Shown here one piece after another: positions 27,743 through 37,667 of a stretch of DNA of 64,000 bases. Origin of the DNA: Thermoproteota archaeon (GTDB lineage Archaea > Korarchaeota > Korarchaeia > Korarchaeales > Korarchaeaceae); the NCBI GenBank assembly GCA_027491395.1, contig JAOZFI010000036.1, positions 32,001-96,000 of the forward strand, in the 5' to 3' direction. Position 1 is the first letter of the stretch; each line of letters opens with the position of its first letter. The translations under genes were made by a program, and so were the position numbers. A model generated the notes under the pieces. The model made no database searches. It was not told where the DNA came from and was given only the letters and a program-made list of their open reading frames with translations.

Positions 27743-29959
27743 ATGCCCCCGATTTACTACCACTTGGAGGATTCAGAAGGAGCGGTGGAGGTGTGGTTCA
27801 CTGGAGGGACCAGCAGGAAGGTGAAGCACAGGCCCTATTTCTACACGCTCCCAGATGAGGAGACAAAGGTTTCTGGCTTCATAGAGAAGGAGAGGGTAAG
27901 GGCCAAGGTGATGGGCGTAGAGAAGGAGCTGATAAAGTTCTACTTCTTGGACGACAAGGCTAGGAAGAAGGCTGCCAAGAAGGTGGAGAGACCCTTCGAT
28001 CTGGACGTCCCTCCTTGGTTTCAATTCTGCGTGGATCACGAGCTAATCCCGTTCTCACAACTGGATGAGGACCTGAAACCTGTCGGAGAACTCGGTGGAC
28101 TAGAGAACCTCAAGAAGGTCTTCTTTTCGGGGTTGGTATACAGCGATGAGGGTTTTCCTATCGAGGGAAAGAGCCCGGTGGTAGCCATCGCTTATGCCAT
28201 CGATGATGGCCCCATAGAGACGATCGCGACGGAGGACTTAGATGATTCGACTGTACTCAGGGAATTCATTTCGATGATCAGAACTGAGGACCCAGATGCC
28301 TTAGTTGGATACGGCCACGATGCCGACGAGTTCAAGCACATTATGGCCCGGGCCAAGCTCCATGGGATCAAACTGGCGATAGGGAGAGACGGTTCTGAGC
28401 CCCAAGAGACGGGTAGGTTCTTCAGGGGGACCATACTGGTTGAGAATAGGATAAGAGGGAGGGCCAACTTGGACATCTTTCCCATTGCTTGGAGGGATTT
28501 CCCACAACTCCCAGAGAGGACATGGTATGAGCTAGCCGACGAAATAGGTGTGGAGAGGCCCAAGGTGCTGATGAAGTTTAGGGTCGCGGAAGCTTGGAGA
28601 TCGAACAGGGAAGAGGCCATCAGCTATCTGAAACAGAAGCTCCACACGATAAGGGAGATATACGGGAGGTTGATGGATCATCAGGCCGAACTCTCTAAAC
28701 TTACCCTGAGACCCATTCATAGACTGATCAGGACCCCTGTGGGTGAAATAGTCGAATCTTACGTCATTAGAGAGGCGAAATCCCACGGGTGGGTGTTTCC
28801 TCTCAAGGAGGCGAGAAGGGAGAGCGGATATGAGGGCGGTTACGTCTGGCTGAAATCACCAGGTATGTACGAGGAGATAGGCTACCTCGATTTCGCCAGC
28901 ATGTACCCTTCAATCATGGCTCATCATAATATAAGCTTCGAGACTGTCGATCCCTCCCCGGAACTCTGTGAGGAAGTCGAGGATGTAGAGGTAGAGGGAG
29001 TCGTTGCGAGGATCTGTAGAGATGTGAGGGGTCTTGTTCCAATACTGGTCGGAAAGCTGATGGAGGAGAGATCAGCGATCAAGGCTAAGATGAAAGAAAT
29101 TCCACCAGATGATCCCGAGTACAAGAGGTTGGATGCTCTCCAGAAGGCCGTTAAGGTCGTTACTAATGCCATGTATGGCTACATGGGTTGGACGAACGCC
29201 CTCCTCATGAATGTGAAGGCGGCTAGGATAACCTCAGCATACGGGAGGTATTACATAAAGGAGGTGAGGGAGAGAGCCGAGTCCAAGGGACTCACCGTGA
29301 TCTACATAGACACGGATGGGATTCAACTCGTGGGGGGAAAGAGAGAGGACTACGAAGAGCTGCTCGAGGTGGTGAATAAGGACCTCCCCATAAGGATCGA
29401 GTTGGAGTACATCGCCGAGAGAGGGATCTACGTCGCGAAGAAGAAGTACGCACATCTAGTGGAGGGCAGGCTCATCGCTAAGGGATTCGAGTTCGTCAGG
29501 AGGGACTATCCATCCATAATAAAGGAGGCCCAGAAGAAGGTAGTTGAAATGGCCCTCAGGGGGAGCGATCTAGATGAGATAAGGAGATTGATCAACGAGT
29601 ACAGAAGCAAGATCTTAAATAGGGAGGTAAGAAAAGAGGATCTCATCATCATAGAGACCATGGGCAAGGAACTGGACAAGTTCGAGAGAAGGACCAAGGG
29701 ATTCTACGTGGCGATGTGGCTGCTAGAGAGGAAAGGTATAGAGGTGCATAGAGGGCAAGTCCTAAGGATCCTCATAGTGAAAGGACCAGGAAGTGTTAAC
29801 GAGAGAGCTAGACCGGCCGAGTTCTTCGATCTAGATGACGTGGATTTGGACTACTACGTGAAGCTCTTCGATCAGGTTATGGAGAGGACCCTATCCTCCC
29901 TCAAGAAAGTCGGAATATCTGAGAAGAGGACAGGGGGGTTGGAGGAGTGGTTCGGATGA
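27743..29959 (+). CDS. Family B DNA polymerase (PolB3-like) with degenerate 3'-5' exonuclease domain
   Basis: DFASMYPS, KVVTNAMYGY, YIDTDG and KKKYA motifs; C-terminal PIP-like LEEWF; exonuclease motifs altered. Confidence 0.9.
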   Translation: MPPIYYHLEDSEGAVEVWFTGGTSRKVKHRPYFYTLPDEETKVSGFIEKERVRAKVMGVEKELIKFYFLDDKARKKAAKKVERPFDLDVPPWFQFCVDHELIPFSQLDEDLKPVGELGGLENLKKVFFSGLVYSDEGFPIEGKSPVVAIAYAIDDGPIETIATEDLDDSTVLREFISMIRTEDPDALVGYGHDADEFKHIMARAKLHGIKLAIGRDGSEPQETGRFFRGTILVENRIRGRANLDIFPIAWRDFPQLPERTWYELADEIGVERPKVLMKFRVAEAWRSNREEAISYLKQKLHTIREIYGRLMDHQAELSKLTLRPIHRLIRTPVGEIVESYVIREAKSHGWVFPLKEARRESGYEGGYVWLKSPGMYEEIGYLDFASMYPSIMAHHNISFETVDPSPELCEEVEDVEVEGVVARICRDVRGLVPILVGKLMEERSAIKAKMKEIPPDDPEYKRLDALQKAVKVVTNAMYGYMGWTNALLMNVKAARITSAYGRYYIKEVRERAESKGLTVIYIDTDGIQLVGGKREDYEELLEVVNKDLPIRIELEYIAERGIYVAKKKYAHLVEGRLIAKGFEFVRRDYPSIIKEAQKKVVEMALRGSDLDEIRRLINEYRSKILNREVRKEDLIIIETMGKELDKFERRTKGFYVAMWLLERKGIEVHRGQVLRILIVKGPGSVNERARPAEFFDLDDVDLDYYVKLFDQVMERTLSSLKKVGISEKRTGGLEEWFG

Positions 29960-29966
29960 CCCCCCC

Positions 29967-30308
29967 TCATACCTTGAGGAACTTGAGAGGGAGCTTAGAG
30001 GACCCTCTCTTCCTGTAGGGCCTGTTCAGGGGAATGGCTATCTTCCTCTCCTCCTCGGACCTAGGTCTCACGATTCCTAGGTAGACCGCGCAACTTATGC
30101 AGTAGTACCTAGTCTCGAGCCTCTTGGATATGTAGGCCCCCTGTCTCTCTAAGTCCTTCCCGAGACTTCCACCAACAGGCGACACCCACCTAGTCACCTT
30201 AACCGCCTTATCAGCTGGGACCGCTCTCCCACACTGATAGCACTGGACTATCCTCTCGTGGCCCGAACCACCCAGTTTCCTACCTCTGTTTTTCCTCTTC
30301 TTAGGCAT
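29967..30308 (-). CDS. rps26e: 30S ribosomal protein S26e
   Basis: MPKKRKNRGR, CxxCGRAVPxDKA, YCISCAV. Confidence 0.95.
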   Translation of the reverse strand: MPKKRKNRGRKLGGSGHERIVQCYQCGRAVPADKAVKVTRWVSPVGGSLGKDLERQGAYISKRLETRYYCISCAVYLGIVRPRSEEERKIAIPLNRPYRKRGSSKLPLKFLKV

Positions 30309-30445
30309 ACATTTCCCTAGCGAACTGAGATGATCTGTGAAAATAAAGGTTTCCTTCTATGCTGTCCAACAACTGCAATCAGTTGGCGAGGGATTTTGGA
30401 GGTAAAGAAAGGAAATCATAAGGAGAGGAGACCGGACTTCGGTGA

Positions 30446-31885
30446 TCAGTAGGATCTTCCTATCCATGCCCTGTGTTTCGCCTCTCTTCCACAGATAACG
30501 CACTTCTCCCCCTTGCCCTCAAGTGCGTTTTCCTCGTACCCCAATATACCGTATCCAATCTCTTCCTCTACTTCGTGCCCGCACTCCTCTAGACCGCACC
30601 AAGGGAACGACACAATCTTCTCGCCCACGTTTTCTCTGATCTCCTCTACTGTTTTAGCATGCACCGTCCTCTTTTCAAAGTATTCCTTGGCCTGCCTCCT
30701 CATCTCCTCCTCTATTTCACCGAGAAGGGGTTCAATTCTGCTCCTGAGGTCTTCGAATGGAACTAGAGACCTCTCCATGGTGTCCCTCCTGAAGAGGGTC
30801 AAGGTCCTCTCCTCGTACTCCTTCCTACCCACTTCAATCCTTACGGGTACGCCCTTCATCTCCCACTTGAAGAACTTGTATCCCGGCCTCTCATCGGTAT
30901 CATCCAGCTCGACCCTGTAATCACCGACGAGGGCGTTATAGACCTCCTTGGCGTATTCAAGCACCTTATCCTCATACCCCTTCGATGGGATAGGTACCAC
31001 GACGATCTGAATTGGAGCAAGCTTGGGCGGGAGTTTCAATCCCCTATCGTCTCCATGTATGGCTATCAGGGCCGCTAGAGACCTCTCAGATATCCCGAAG
31101 GAGGTGGTATTGACGTTCCTCTTCTCCCCGTTCTCGTCCATGTACTCCAAGCCGTAGGTCCTAGCGAACAGGTCACCGAAGTTTATGGCACTTCCAAGTT
31201 CCAAGGCCTTCCCATCGGGCATTATGGTTATCAAATCGTAGTTGTACTTGGCCCCGGGGAATGTGTCCCAAGGAGTGGTCTTCACCACCACATAGGGGAC
31301 TAGGAGCTCGTCATAGAACTTCTTGTAGATCCACACCTCAAGCTCCACCTGCTTCACCGCATCCTCGTAAGTGGCGTGGAATGTATGCCCCTCCTTGAAG
31401 AACACGATCTCCCTGACCCTCAGCATGGGCCTAGTGGCCTTAGTCTCGTACCTGTACACCGGAACGATCTGGTAGATCCTGAGCGGTAAGTCCTTGTAGC
31501 TCGTTATCCACCTGTTCAGGACTTCGTACATAATGGCCTCGCTGGTTGGCCTTAACGCTAGCTTCTCCTTTATCTCCTGCTTACCCAGTCGGGTTATCCA
31601 GTAAATGGAATCCTCAAAGCCCTTGATGAATCTGAACTCCCTGCTCAAAACTCCCTCCGGCACCACGCCCGGGAAGTACACCCTCCTATGCCCAGTCTGT
31701 CTCATCAGCCTCTCCATGACGTTCATCACGTTCTCCATGAGTTCATAGCCGAAGGGAAGCCATACGTACATCCCCTTGACTGGATATCTCTCATCCAAGA
31801 TTTCCGCCTTGAAAAGGACCTCATCGAACCATCTGGAGAAGTTCTCTCCCTTAGGAGTTAGTTCGAACGCTTCTCTTTCCGACAT
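30446..31885 (-). CDS. proS: Proline--tRNA ligase (archaeal/eukaryotic type)
   Basis: YPVKGM, ALRPTSE, RYETKATRPMLRVRE, KEGHT; C-terminal Zn site and RSY end. Confidence 0.96.
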   Translation of the reverse strand: MSEREAFELTPKGENFSRWFDEVLFKAEILDERYPVKGMYVWLPFGYELMENVMNVMERLMRQTGHRRVYFPGVVPEGVLSREFRFIKGFEDSIYWITRLGKQEIKEKLALRPTSEAIMYEVLNRWITSYKDLPLRIYQIVPVYRYETKATRPMLRVREIVFFKEGHTFHATYEDAVKQVELEVWIYKKFYDELLVPYVVVKTTPWDTFPGAKYNYDLITIMPDGKALELGSAINFGDLFARTYGLEYMDENGEKRNVNTTSFGISERSLAALIAIHGDDRGLKLPPKLAPIQIVVVPIPSKGYEDKVLEYAKEVYNALVGDYRVELDDTDERPGYKFFKWEMKGVPVRIEVGRKEYEERTLTLFRRDTMERSLVPFEDLRSRIEPLLGEIEEEMRRQAKEYFEKRTVHAKTVEEIRENVGEKIVSFPWCGLEECGHEVEEEIGYGILGYEENALEGKGEKCVICGREAKHRAWIGRSY

Positions 31886-31923
31886 GTTCCCGCCTCGCCC
31901 TGCTCAACCTTCCGAGTCAGTCC

Positions 31924-32598
31924 CTATCTAAAAACTATGCCGATTGATCTGAGGAAGTCCTCCCTCTCGGATACTCTAAGCACATTGAACCTCATCCCTG
32001 GATTCTCCTCCTCCAACTTCCGCACTAGCTTAAGGTAAATGTTCTCGAAGTCGGGCCCCATTTCCCTCGACTCCGCGAGAGCCAGTAATTCCTCCACGGG
32101 GATCTCAACAAAAGGTGAAACATGACCGAAGACCTCTCTCAAAGCGAGGAATACCCTGCCTTTCAACACAAGGAGGGACGGAGATCCCGTGAAAATGAAC
32201 CTTAGAAGGAGGCCCACGGCGTCATCCAAGAGCAGAGGGAGGACAACTTTGCCTTTACCCTCTTCTCTCTCCTTTAAGAAGGCCAAGACGGCCTTCCACA
32301 AATCCGCGTAGGGCGGTAGTCTTTCCTCCCTGATCGAGACGGGGAATCCAGATTCAATCTCCGAGAAGAGATCCCACAGCAGATCATCTCGCTTGAGCCC
32401 TGACCTGATGAAGACGATATTGTCGTCCCTTCTCAGGAGCTTGTACCTGCTTATAGCCCGCTTAATCCTGCTGAGTAGGGAATCTCTGAGGCAGCGACGG
32501 CATAGTACCTCTCCGGAATACCTCCTGACAATTAGCACGTCGCTAGATCCGCACCTGCTGCACCTGAGAGCATTTTTAGTGAGTGGGGGTCCATCCAT
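31924..32598 (-). CDS. Degenerate TtuA/NcsA (PP-loop) paralog with N-terminal Zn finger
   Basis: CSRC...YSGEVLCRRC N-terminus as in NcsA; SGLKRD at the PP-loop position; LLLDD at the HNLDD position. Confidence 0.7.
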   Translation of the reverse strand: MDGPPLTKNALRCSRCGSSDVLIVRRYSGEVLCRRCLRDSLLSRIKRAISRYKLLRRDDNIVFIRSGLKRDDLLWDLFSEIESGFPVSIREERLPPYADLWKAVLAFLKEREEGKGKVVLPLLLDDAVGLLLRFIFTGSPSLLVLKGRVFLALREVFGHVSPFVEIPVEELLALAESREMGPDFENIYLKLVRKLEEENPGMRFNVLRVSEREDFLRSIGIVFR

Positions 32599-33320
32599 CA
32601 GGTAAGGTGCACGCGTTGCTCGATATAAAACCAGAAGCAGAAGTTATCTACGGTCCTGAGAGATGGGGGGTATTAGCTAGGAAGAGGAAGAGAGCGATCG
32701 AGGTGATGGAAGTGCTATACAGCAGGGGAACATCTGCTTATGTCTACGGGAGCGTGGCTCGTGGAGATGTTAGGGAGAGCAGCGACGTAGATGTGATCGT
32801 ACCTAGATACTCGCTCCCCCCCTCTCTCTTAGAAGGGATCTTGACAGATCGTCTAGGGGATCCTGTCTACAGGGAGATAGTTCAAGCCACCCCTAGAAGC
32901 ACTCCCAAGTACCACATTCACTTCGATGGTAATACCACGGTCTCTATACCGATAGGGATACTGAGGAAGAGGGAGGAAGAGTTCTACAAATTCGGCGGAA
33001 GGCTCGATTTAATGGGCCTTAGAAGAGGAAAGAGAGTCCCAGGTGTGAACAAGGAACTGAGATTGATATTCCCGACGGAAAACGGTCACTTGGAGTATCC
33101 TGTGCTCGGATACGAGGAATACGTGGCCAAGGTACTGGGCGTGGATAAGGATGTAGTTGAGGAGAGAGTGAGGGTCCTAACAAAGCGGAAATCCGTCGGT
33201 ACAACGGGTCTCTACCTCAAATACCGCCCGTTACCGGGAGAGAGTTTTGAAGAAGCCGTATCAAAGCTCAAGAAGATGAAGAAAGGGTTCAGGTTGAGAT
33301 TGGCTGAGGATGGAATCTGA
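32583..33320 (+). CDS. Pol-beta superfamily nucleotidyltransferase (conserved archaeal family)
   Basis: YGSVARGDV..SDVDV, QATP, RVPGVNKEL and TGLY motifs; true start probably a few codons downstream. Confidence 0.8.
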   Translation: MGVHPSGKVHALLDIKPEAEVIYGPERWGVLARKRKRAIEVMEVLYSRGTSAYVYGSVARGDVRESSDVDVIVPRYSLPPSLLEGILTDRLGDPVYREIVQATPRSTPKYHIHFDGNTTVSIPIGILRKREEEFYKFGGRLDLMGLRRGKRVPGVNKELRLIFPTENGHLEYPVLGYEEYVAKVLGVDKDVVEERVRVLTKRKSVGTTGLYLKYRPLPGESFEEAVSKLKKMKKGFRLRLAEDGI

Positions 33321-33324
33321 TTGT

Positions 33325-34398
33325 TTACTCTATCTGATACCTAAGTTTCGCAGCAATGCCACCGATGGACAACAACTTCTCGCCGGGCTCGCTCTTCGCA
33401 TCTACTATGTGAAACTCAGCCCTTGTGTCCTCACACATCTCCAATATCCTGAGCACGTCGTCACGCGTCACGGGATCGAAAAGGAGAGAGCTAGCTACCA
33501 AGACCTCATCAGCCGCGCCGAACTGGACGGCTCTCATTACCTCATTCAGCCCGTAAGTAACGAGCCTAGATCCCCTGCCAAGTAGCTCAAATATCTCATC
33601 CACCTCCCTCATGTCCCGCGCCAAGGTTAACTCCTTCACGACTTTCTCAACATCGCCCCGCTTTATCATTTCTAGAATGCCCGAGAAGGTGGAACTGGTG
33701 GCCCCACCTTCTCGAAGCTTCTTCCCGAGCTCTGGATTTCTTTCCTTCACATAGGATGAGAACTTCTCCTTGGTGTACCCAGGTCCTCCCACTACTATAG
33801 CTTGGGGTTTTATCCTAGAATCTATCTCCTCCAATAGGGATGATAGCTCCGCGTAGTATTTCCTCTCTGCATCATCCCTCCTTTTTAGATCTCCTCTCTT
33901 TGACGGGAGGTTGGACCTTACGTAGGCGATCTCCTCAGCCCTATACGCGTTCACCTTTGCAACGGTGGCACCTTCGTCATCTATCGCCACTAATATGACG
34001 TTTCCCTTACTTGAGGACTCTTCTGCTCTCCTCAATATGTCCAGATGAGATCTACTCCACTTCTCCTTCACGACTTTCAATGTGGACCCCTCTGTGACGT
34101 TTAATGTGTGATGCTGACCCTGTATCCCGAACTTCTCCGGACCTACCCTGACTATACCCGTGATCCTCAGCCTAGCGGAGTACTGATCCATCTTGACCTT
34201 CTCCACCTCTAAGGTGATGGTCATTGGGACCCTTTCTCCGCTGTCGGCCCTTATTCCCTCCTGCTTCACTCTCCTAGTAGTCCTCATGGTAACGAGGTCT
34301 CCCGGCTCTAGGATCGAGGAGAGCCAATAGAGATCATCCAAGCTTTCAACTCTCAGTTTGATGAATCCCTTCTTGAGATCCTGCTCTAGGATCTTCAA
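33325..34398 (-). CDS. pelA: mRNA surveillance / ribosome rescue protein pelota
   Basis: [30 protein letters not shown] and GGIAAKLRY. Confidence 0.95.
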   Translation of the reverse strand: MKILEQDLKKGFIKLRVESLDDLYWLSSILEPGDLVTMRTTRRVKQEGIRADSGERVPMTITLEVEKVKMDQYSARLRITGIVRVGPEKFGIQGQHHTLNVTEGSTLKVVKEKWSRSHLDILRRAEESSSKGNVILVAIDDEGATVAKVNAYRAEEIAYVRSNLPSKRGDLKRRDDAERKYYAELSSLLEEIDSRIKPQAIVVGGPGYTKEKFSSYVKERNPELGKKLREGGATSSTFSGILEMIKRGDVEKVVKELTLARDMREVDEIFELLGRGSRLVTYGLNEVMRAVQFGAADEVLVASSLLFDPVTRDDVLRILEMCEDTRAEFHIVDAKSEPGEKLLSIGGIAAKLRYQIE

Positions 34399-34407
34399 CT
34401 ATGCCAC

Positions 34408-35643
34408 CTACTGTGCTGTATATATCGCTATTCCAGAGGGTCTCCTCACGATATCCCTAGCTACTCCCCCAACTATAGCTCTGACACCCACCTCATAGGC
34501 CTTATCCACTATTCTCTGAGTAACTATCCTGTCATAGACGATGTATCTGACACCGCCGACCTCCGATAGAGCGTTGAGGAGATCGGATGTCGACACTTCC
34601 CTTATCAGTGAGAGGTTGTCGTCCAGTAATAGGACCTTATCGGTGCCCCTGATCCTTGCGTACTGCTCTCTGAACATCTCTGGTATCCTGAGTAGTCTCT
34701 CATCCTCACCTCTCTCATGTCTCTGATGGGATACATGAGGTGCAGCGGATCTTATGACCATAATCCCCCTCTCCTGAGGCGGAGATATTCCGAGCTCCCT
34801 CCTCACCTCATCGGCTGGGATAGCTGAGGAAAGAGCCCTCCTAATCTCTTTAGCTGTCAGTTCCTCGACTACCTTACCTTCTGGAGCTCTGGCTACGTAG
34901 TCTATGTCTGTCTGCTCGAGCAAAGTCCTGAGAACCATTTCACCACCCCTATCCCCATCGACGAAAGCTATAGCTTCCTTCTCCGAGATCAGCTTAACCA
35001 GAGACTTGGGAACTCTCTCCACAGCGCCACCCATCGCTATCACGTTATCGTAACCGTATTTCAGGAGATTCATGACATCAGCCCTACCTTCGACGACTAT
35101 TATCTCCTCAGCGTCTTCAACGCCCCTAGCAGCTGGCAGCTCCTCATCCCCATAGAGTATGAAGTTGGACTTCGCGCTTTCCCTCTGCACGAACTCTATG
35201 AGCTTCCTGAAGCTGTCCTCCCTCTCAACGGACCACTTCTTTAATATTTCAGCGGCCCTCTTGGCTATCTCATTTCGCCTCTCCTCTCTATCGTCGAGTA
35301 TTCTAATCAACTTGAATTTCGCTGGATAGGGACCGACCTTATCAACAGTCTCCATCGCAGCGGCGAGCAACGCAGTTCTGACCTTATCCAGCCCAGAATA
35401 CAGCTCAACGATACCCTTGGACCTATCTCCTTCTCTCCTCATCCTTATGTTTATCCTTCCTATCTTCCCCGTCCTTTGGAGTTCCTTGAGCTCTAACTCA
35501 GGACCGAGTAGACCCTCTAGCTGTCCGAAAATAGCCCCTATCACATCACTAGTCTCTACCACGCCGTTAACTATAACCTCCAATTTGGCAACATACTTAT
35601 GATGGAAAGCATCCCTTCTCGAATTATCTGCCAAGATAATCAT
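34408..35643 (-). CDS. dnaG: Archaeal DnaG (TOPRIM; exosome-associated)
   Basis: DVIGAIFGQLEGLLG, ELQRTGKIGRI, VVEGRADV, DGDRGG. Confidence 0.95.
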   Translation of the reverse strand: MIILADNSRRDAFHHKYVAKLEVIVNGVVETSDVIGAIFGQLEGLLGPELELKELQRTGKIGRINIRMRREGDRSKGIVELYSGLDKVRTALLAAAMETVDKVGPYPAKFKLIRILDDREERRNEIAKRAAEILKKWSVEREDSFRKLIEFVQRESAKSNFILYGDEELPAARGVEDAEEIIVVEGRADVMNLLKYGYDNVIAMGGAVERVPKSLVKLISEKEAIAFVDGDRGGEMVLRTLLEQTDIDYVARAPEGKVVEELTAKEIRRALSSAIPADEVRRELGISPPQERGIMVIRSAAPHVSHQRHERGEDERLLRIPEMFREQYARIRGTDKVLLLDDNLSLIREVSTSDLLNALSEVGGVRYIVYDRIVTQRIVDKAYEVGVRAIVGGVARDIVRRPSGIAIYTAQ

Positions 35644-35657
35644 CCTCCCAAGTATAC

Positions 35658-35745
35658 GGATGTCCGCCCGCCAACTAATCCCCGTGGGTCACAGGTCAGC
35701 CCACGCTTTCCTCCCTACCCACGGGGTCATGCAGTGGCGGGCGGC
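35658..35745 (-). ncRNA. Putative single-hairpin box H/ACA guide RNA
   Basis: 10-bp lower stem, internal pocket, 10-bp upper stem, apical K-turn-like motif, ACA immediately 3' of the stem, TATA-like box about 25 nt upstream. Confidence 0.7.
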
Positions 35746-35957
35746 TAATATACGACACTTGCCGCAAATATAATCTCTTCGGTCCACTGGAAATCCCTAG
35801 CACAGAGATGCCTAAAATCCCAGTGAAGAGCACCTAATTTACGTGTCCTTTTCGAGAAGCTCACGCCCTTAACCGCATCTAACTACTCATGAGTGTCCCA
35901 TGGAAAGACCATAAAAGATTAAAATGGAGTGGGGTCCGACCCCATCCGAGGATAGAT

Positions 35958-36161
35958 ATGGGAACAGTGAGGGAGAAGGTAATTAAGAGGACTGCATATA
36001 AGCTCGTTAAGCAGTATCCAGATCTTTGGACCGAGGATTTCGAGCATAACAAGAGAATGCTCTCCCAGATAGCTGAGATAAAGTCCAAAGTCTACAGAAA
36101 CAGGATAGCAGGATATATCACCAGACTGAAGGTCAGAGAGAGGGAAGGAACACTTGTCTGA
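35958..36161 (+). CDS. rps17e: 30S ribosomal protein S17e
   Basis: MGTVREKVIKR, DFEHNK, SKVYRNRIAGYIT; start reset to ATG 35958. Confidence 0.95.
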   Translation: MGTVREKVIKRTAYKLVKQYPDLWTEDFEHNKRMLSQIAEIKSKVYRNRIAGYITRLKVREREGTLV

Positions 36162-36256
36162 TTCTCTCATCTCGTAATGGGCTCTTTTTCGTTCGATTTC
36201 ATCCTTTTCAAGGCTATCCTTTTAGAAGCCAATATGCACTCACGAATCGAGGGGAA

Positions 36257-37636
36257 ATGAAGAGAATACTCTATGAGGATCTAGAGACGGCTCTTAAAGC
36301 TAGAGAGGCCAAGATAGCTGTCTTAGGTCAGGGCTACATAGGCCTTCCCACTTCACTTCTGATGGCAAGGGCGGGATTCACCGTCTACGGCTTCGATGTG
36401 AACAGAAACCTGATAGATGAACTCTCAAGGGGAGAGACCCGCCTCAAACAGGAGAAGGGCATAGCTGAATTGTTAGATGATCTTAAAGAACGCAATTACT
36501 TTCCAACGGAAGATCTAAGTGAACTGTATGAGTCTGACGTGGTTCTAATTGCCGTTCCCACCCCAAAGGGAAGAGATGGGCCTAATCTCAGTATGGTACT
36601 GTCGGCCTTGGAGAGCGCCCTGAAGGTAGTGAGGAGGGGCGGACTCATAGTGATAGAGAGTACACTACCTCCTGGAACGTTCTACGATCTGATAATCCCG
36701 ACAGTAGAATCTAGTGGTCTAGAGGTAGGCAAGGACATCTACCTAGCGTACTGCCCAGAGAGGGCCCTGCCAGGAAAGCTCCTCCAAGAGCTCGTCCAGA
36801 ACTTCAGGATAATCGGTGTTGTTGATGAGAAGTCAGGAATACTAGCTAAGACACTCTATGAATCCTTCGTTGAGGGTGGAATAGAGATAGTAGATCCGCT
36901 CACGGCCGAGATGGTCAAACTGGTGGAGAATTCTTACAGGGATGTGAACATAGCATTCGCCAACGAGGTAGCGAGGATGTGTGAGGTCTTGGGCGTGGAT
37001 GTGAGGAAAGTCAGGGAGCTAGCGAATAAGCACCCTAGGGTAAACATGCTGATTCCGGGGATAGGTGTGGGAGGAAGCTGCCTAACCAAGGACCCGTGGT
37101 TCCTGTTCTGGGCATCGCAGGAGAGGGGTTATCGACCCAATCTGATAAAGAGGGCCAGAGAACTCAACGCTGAGATGCCATTCCATTACGCTGGCATCTT
37201 AGATGAACTCGTGAGACAGCTTAGGGGCGGGAGAAGCGGTGTGATAGCCGTGCTGGGCTCTACATATAAGGGAGATGTTCCCGATCCCAGAGAGTCCCCA
37301 GTAGAGCCCTTCGTGAAGGAACTGGTTAAGAGAGGTCACGCAGTCAAGGTATATGATCCCCTCGTCAGGTCTTCATTCGGCGGCGAGTACGTGCCTGATA
37401 TATCGGAGGCAGTCAAGGATGCCGACTCAATCGCCTTCGTAACCGATCACACTGAGTTCAAAATGCTCGACCTGAGAAAGCTGAGGAAAGCTGTAAAGAA
37501 GGATGGACCGGTGATATTATTCGACGGAAGACTCCTTTTCGAACCAGAAGAGGCTGAGGAAGCTGGTTTCATATATATCTCGGTGGGAAGACCCTATACG
37601 ATCTTGGAGAGATCCCTCGTGACTATAGAGGATTGA
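36257..37636 (+). CDS. Nucleotide-sugar dehydrogenase (UDP-ManNAc/UDP-GlcNAc dehydrogenase, WecC-like)
   Basis: GQGYIGLP, ESTLPPG, YCPER, KLVENSYRDVNIAFANE, GVGGSCL. Confidence 0.9.
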   Translation: MKRILYEDLETALKAREAKIAVLGQGYIGLPTSLLMARAGFTVYGFDVNRNLIDELSRGETRLKQEKGIAELLDDLKERNYFPTEDLSELYESDVVLIAVPTPKGRDGPNLSMVLSALESALKVVRRGGLIVIESTLPPGTFYDLIIPTVESSGLEVGKDIYLAYCPERALPGKLLQELVQNFRIIGVVDEKSGILAKTLYESFVEGGIEIVDPLTAEMVKLVENSYRDVNIAFANEVARMCEVLGVDVRKVRELANKHPRVNMLIPGIGVGGSCLTKDPWFLFWASQERGYRPNLIKRARELNAEMPFHYAGILDELVRQLRGGRSGVIAVLGSTYKGDVPDPRESPVEPFVKELVKRGHAVKVYDPLVRSSFGGEYVPDISEAVKDADSIAFVTDHTEFKMLDLRKLRKAVKKDGPVILFDGRLLFEPEEAEEAGFIYISVGRPYTILERSLVTIED

Positions 37637-37667
37637 ATCGAAAATGTAAGAAATTAAGAAATCCGGA

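Noticed and set aside
32583-33320. Nucleotidyltransferase as the antitoxin of an MNT-HEPN toxin-antitoxin pair
   Set aside because: About 240 aa, longer than minimal MNTs, with no adjacent HEPN gene; it resembles a conserved stand-alone archaeal family
35783-35794. TCCACTGGAAAT, resembling a mini-ORB replication-origin box, in the dnaG-rps17e intergenic region
   Set aside because: Only one good copy, no G-string, no AT-rich unwinding element and no orc1/cdc6 gene nearby
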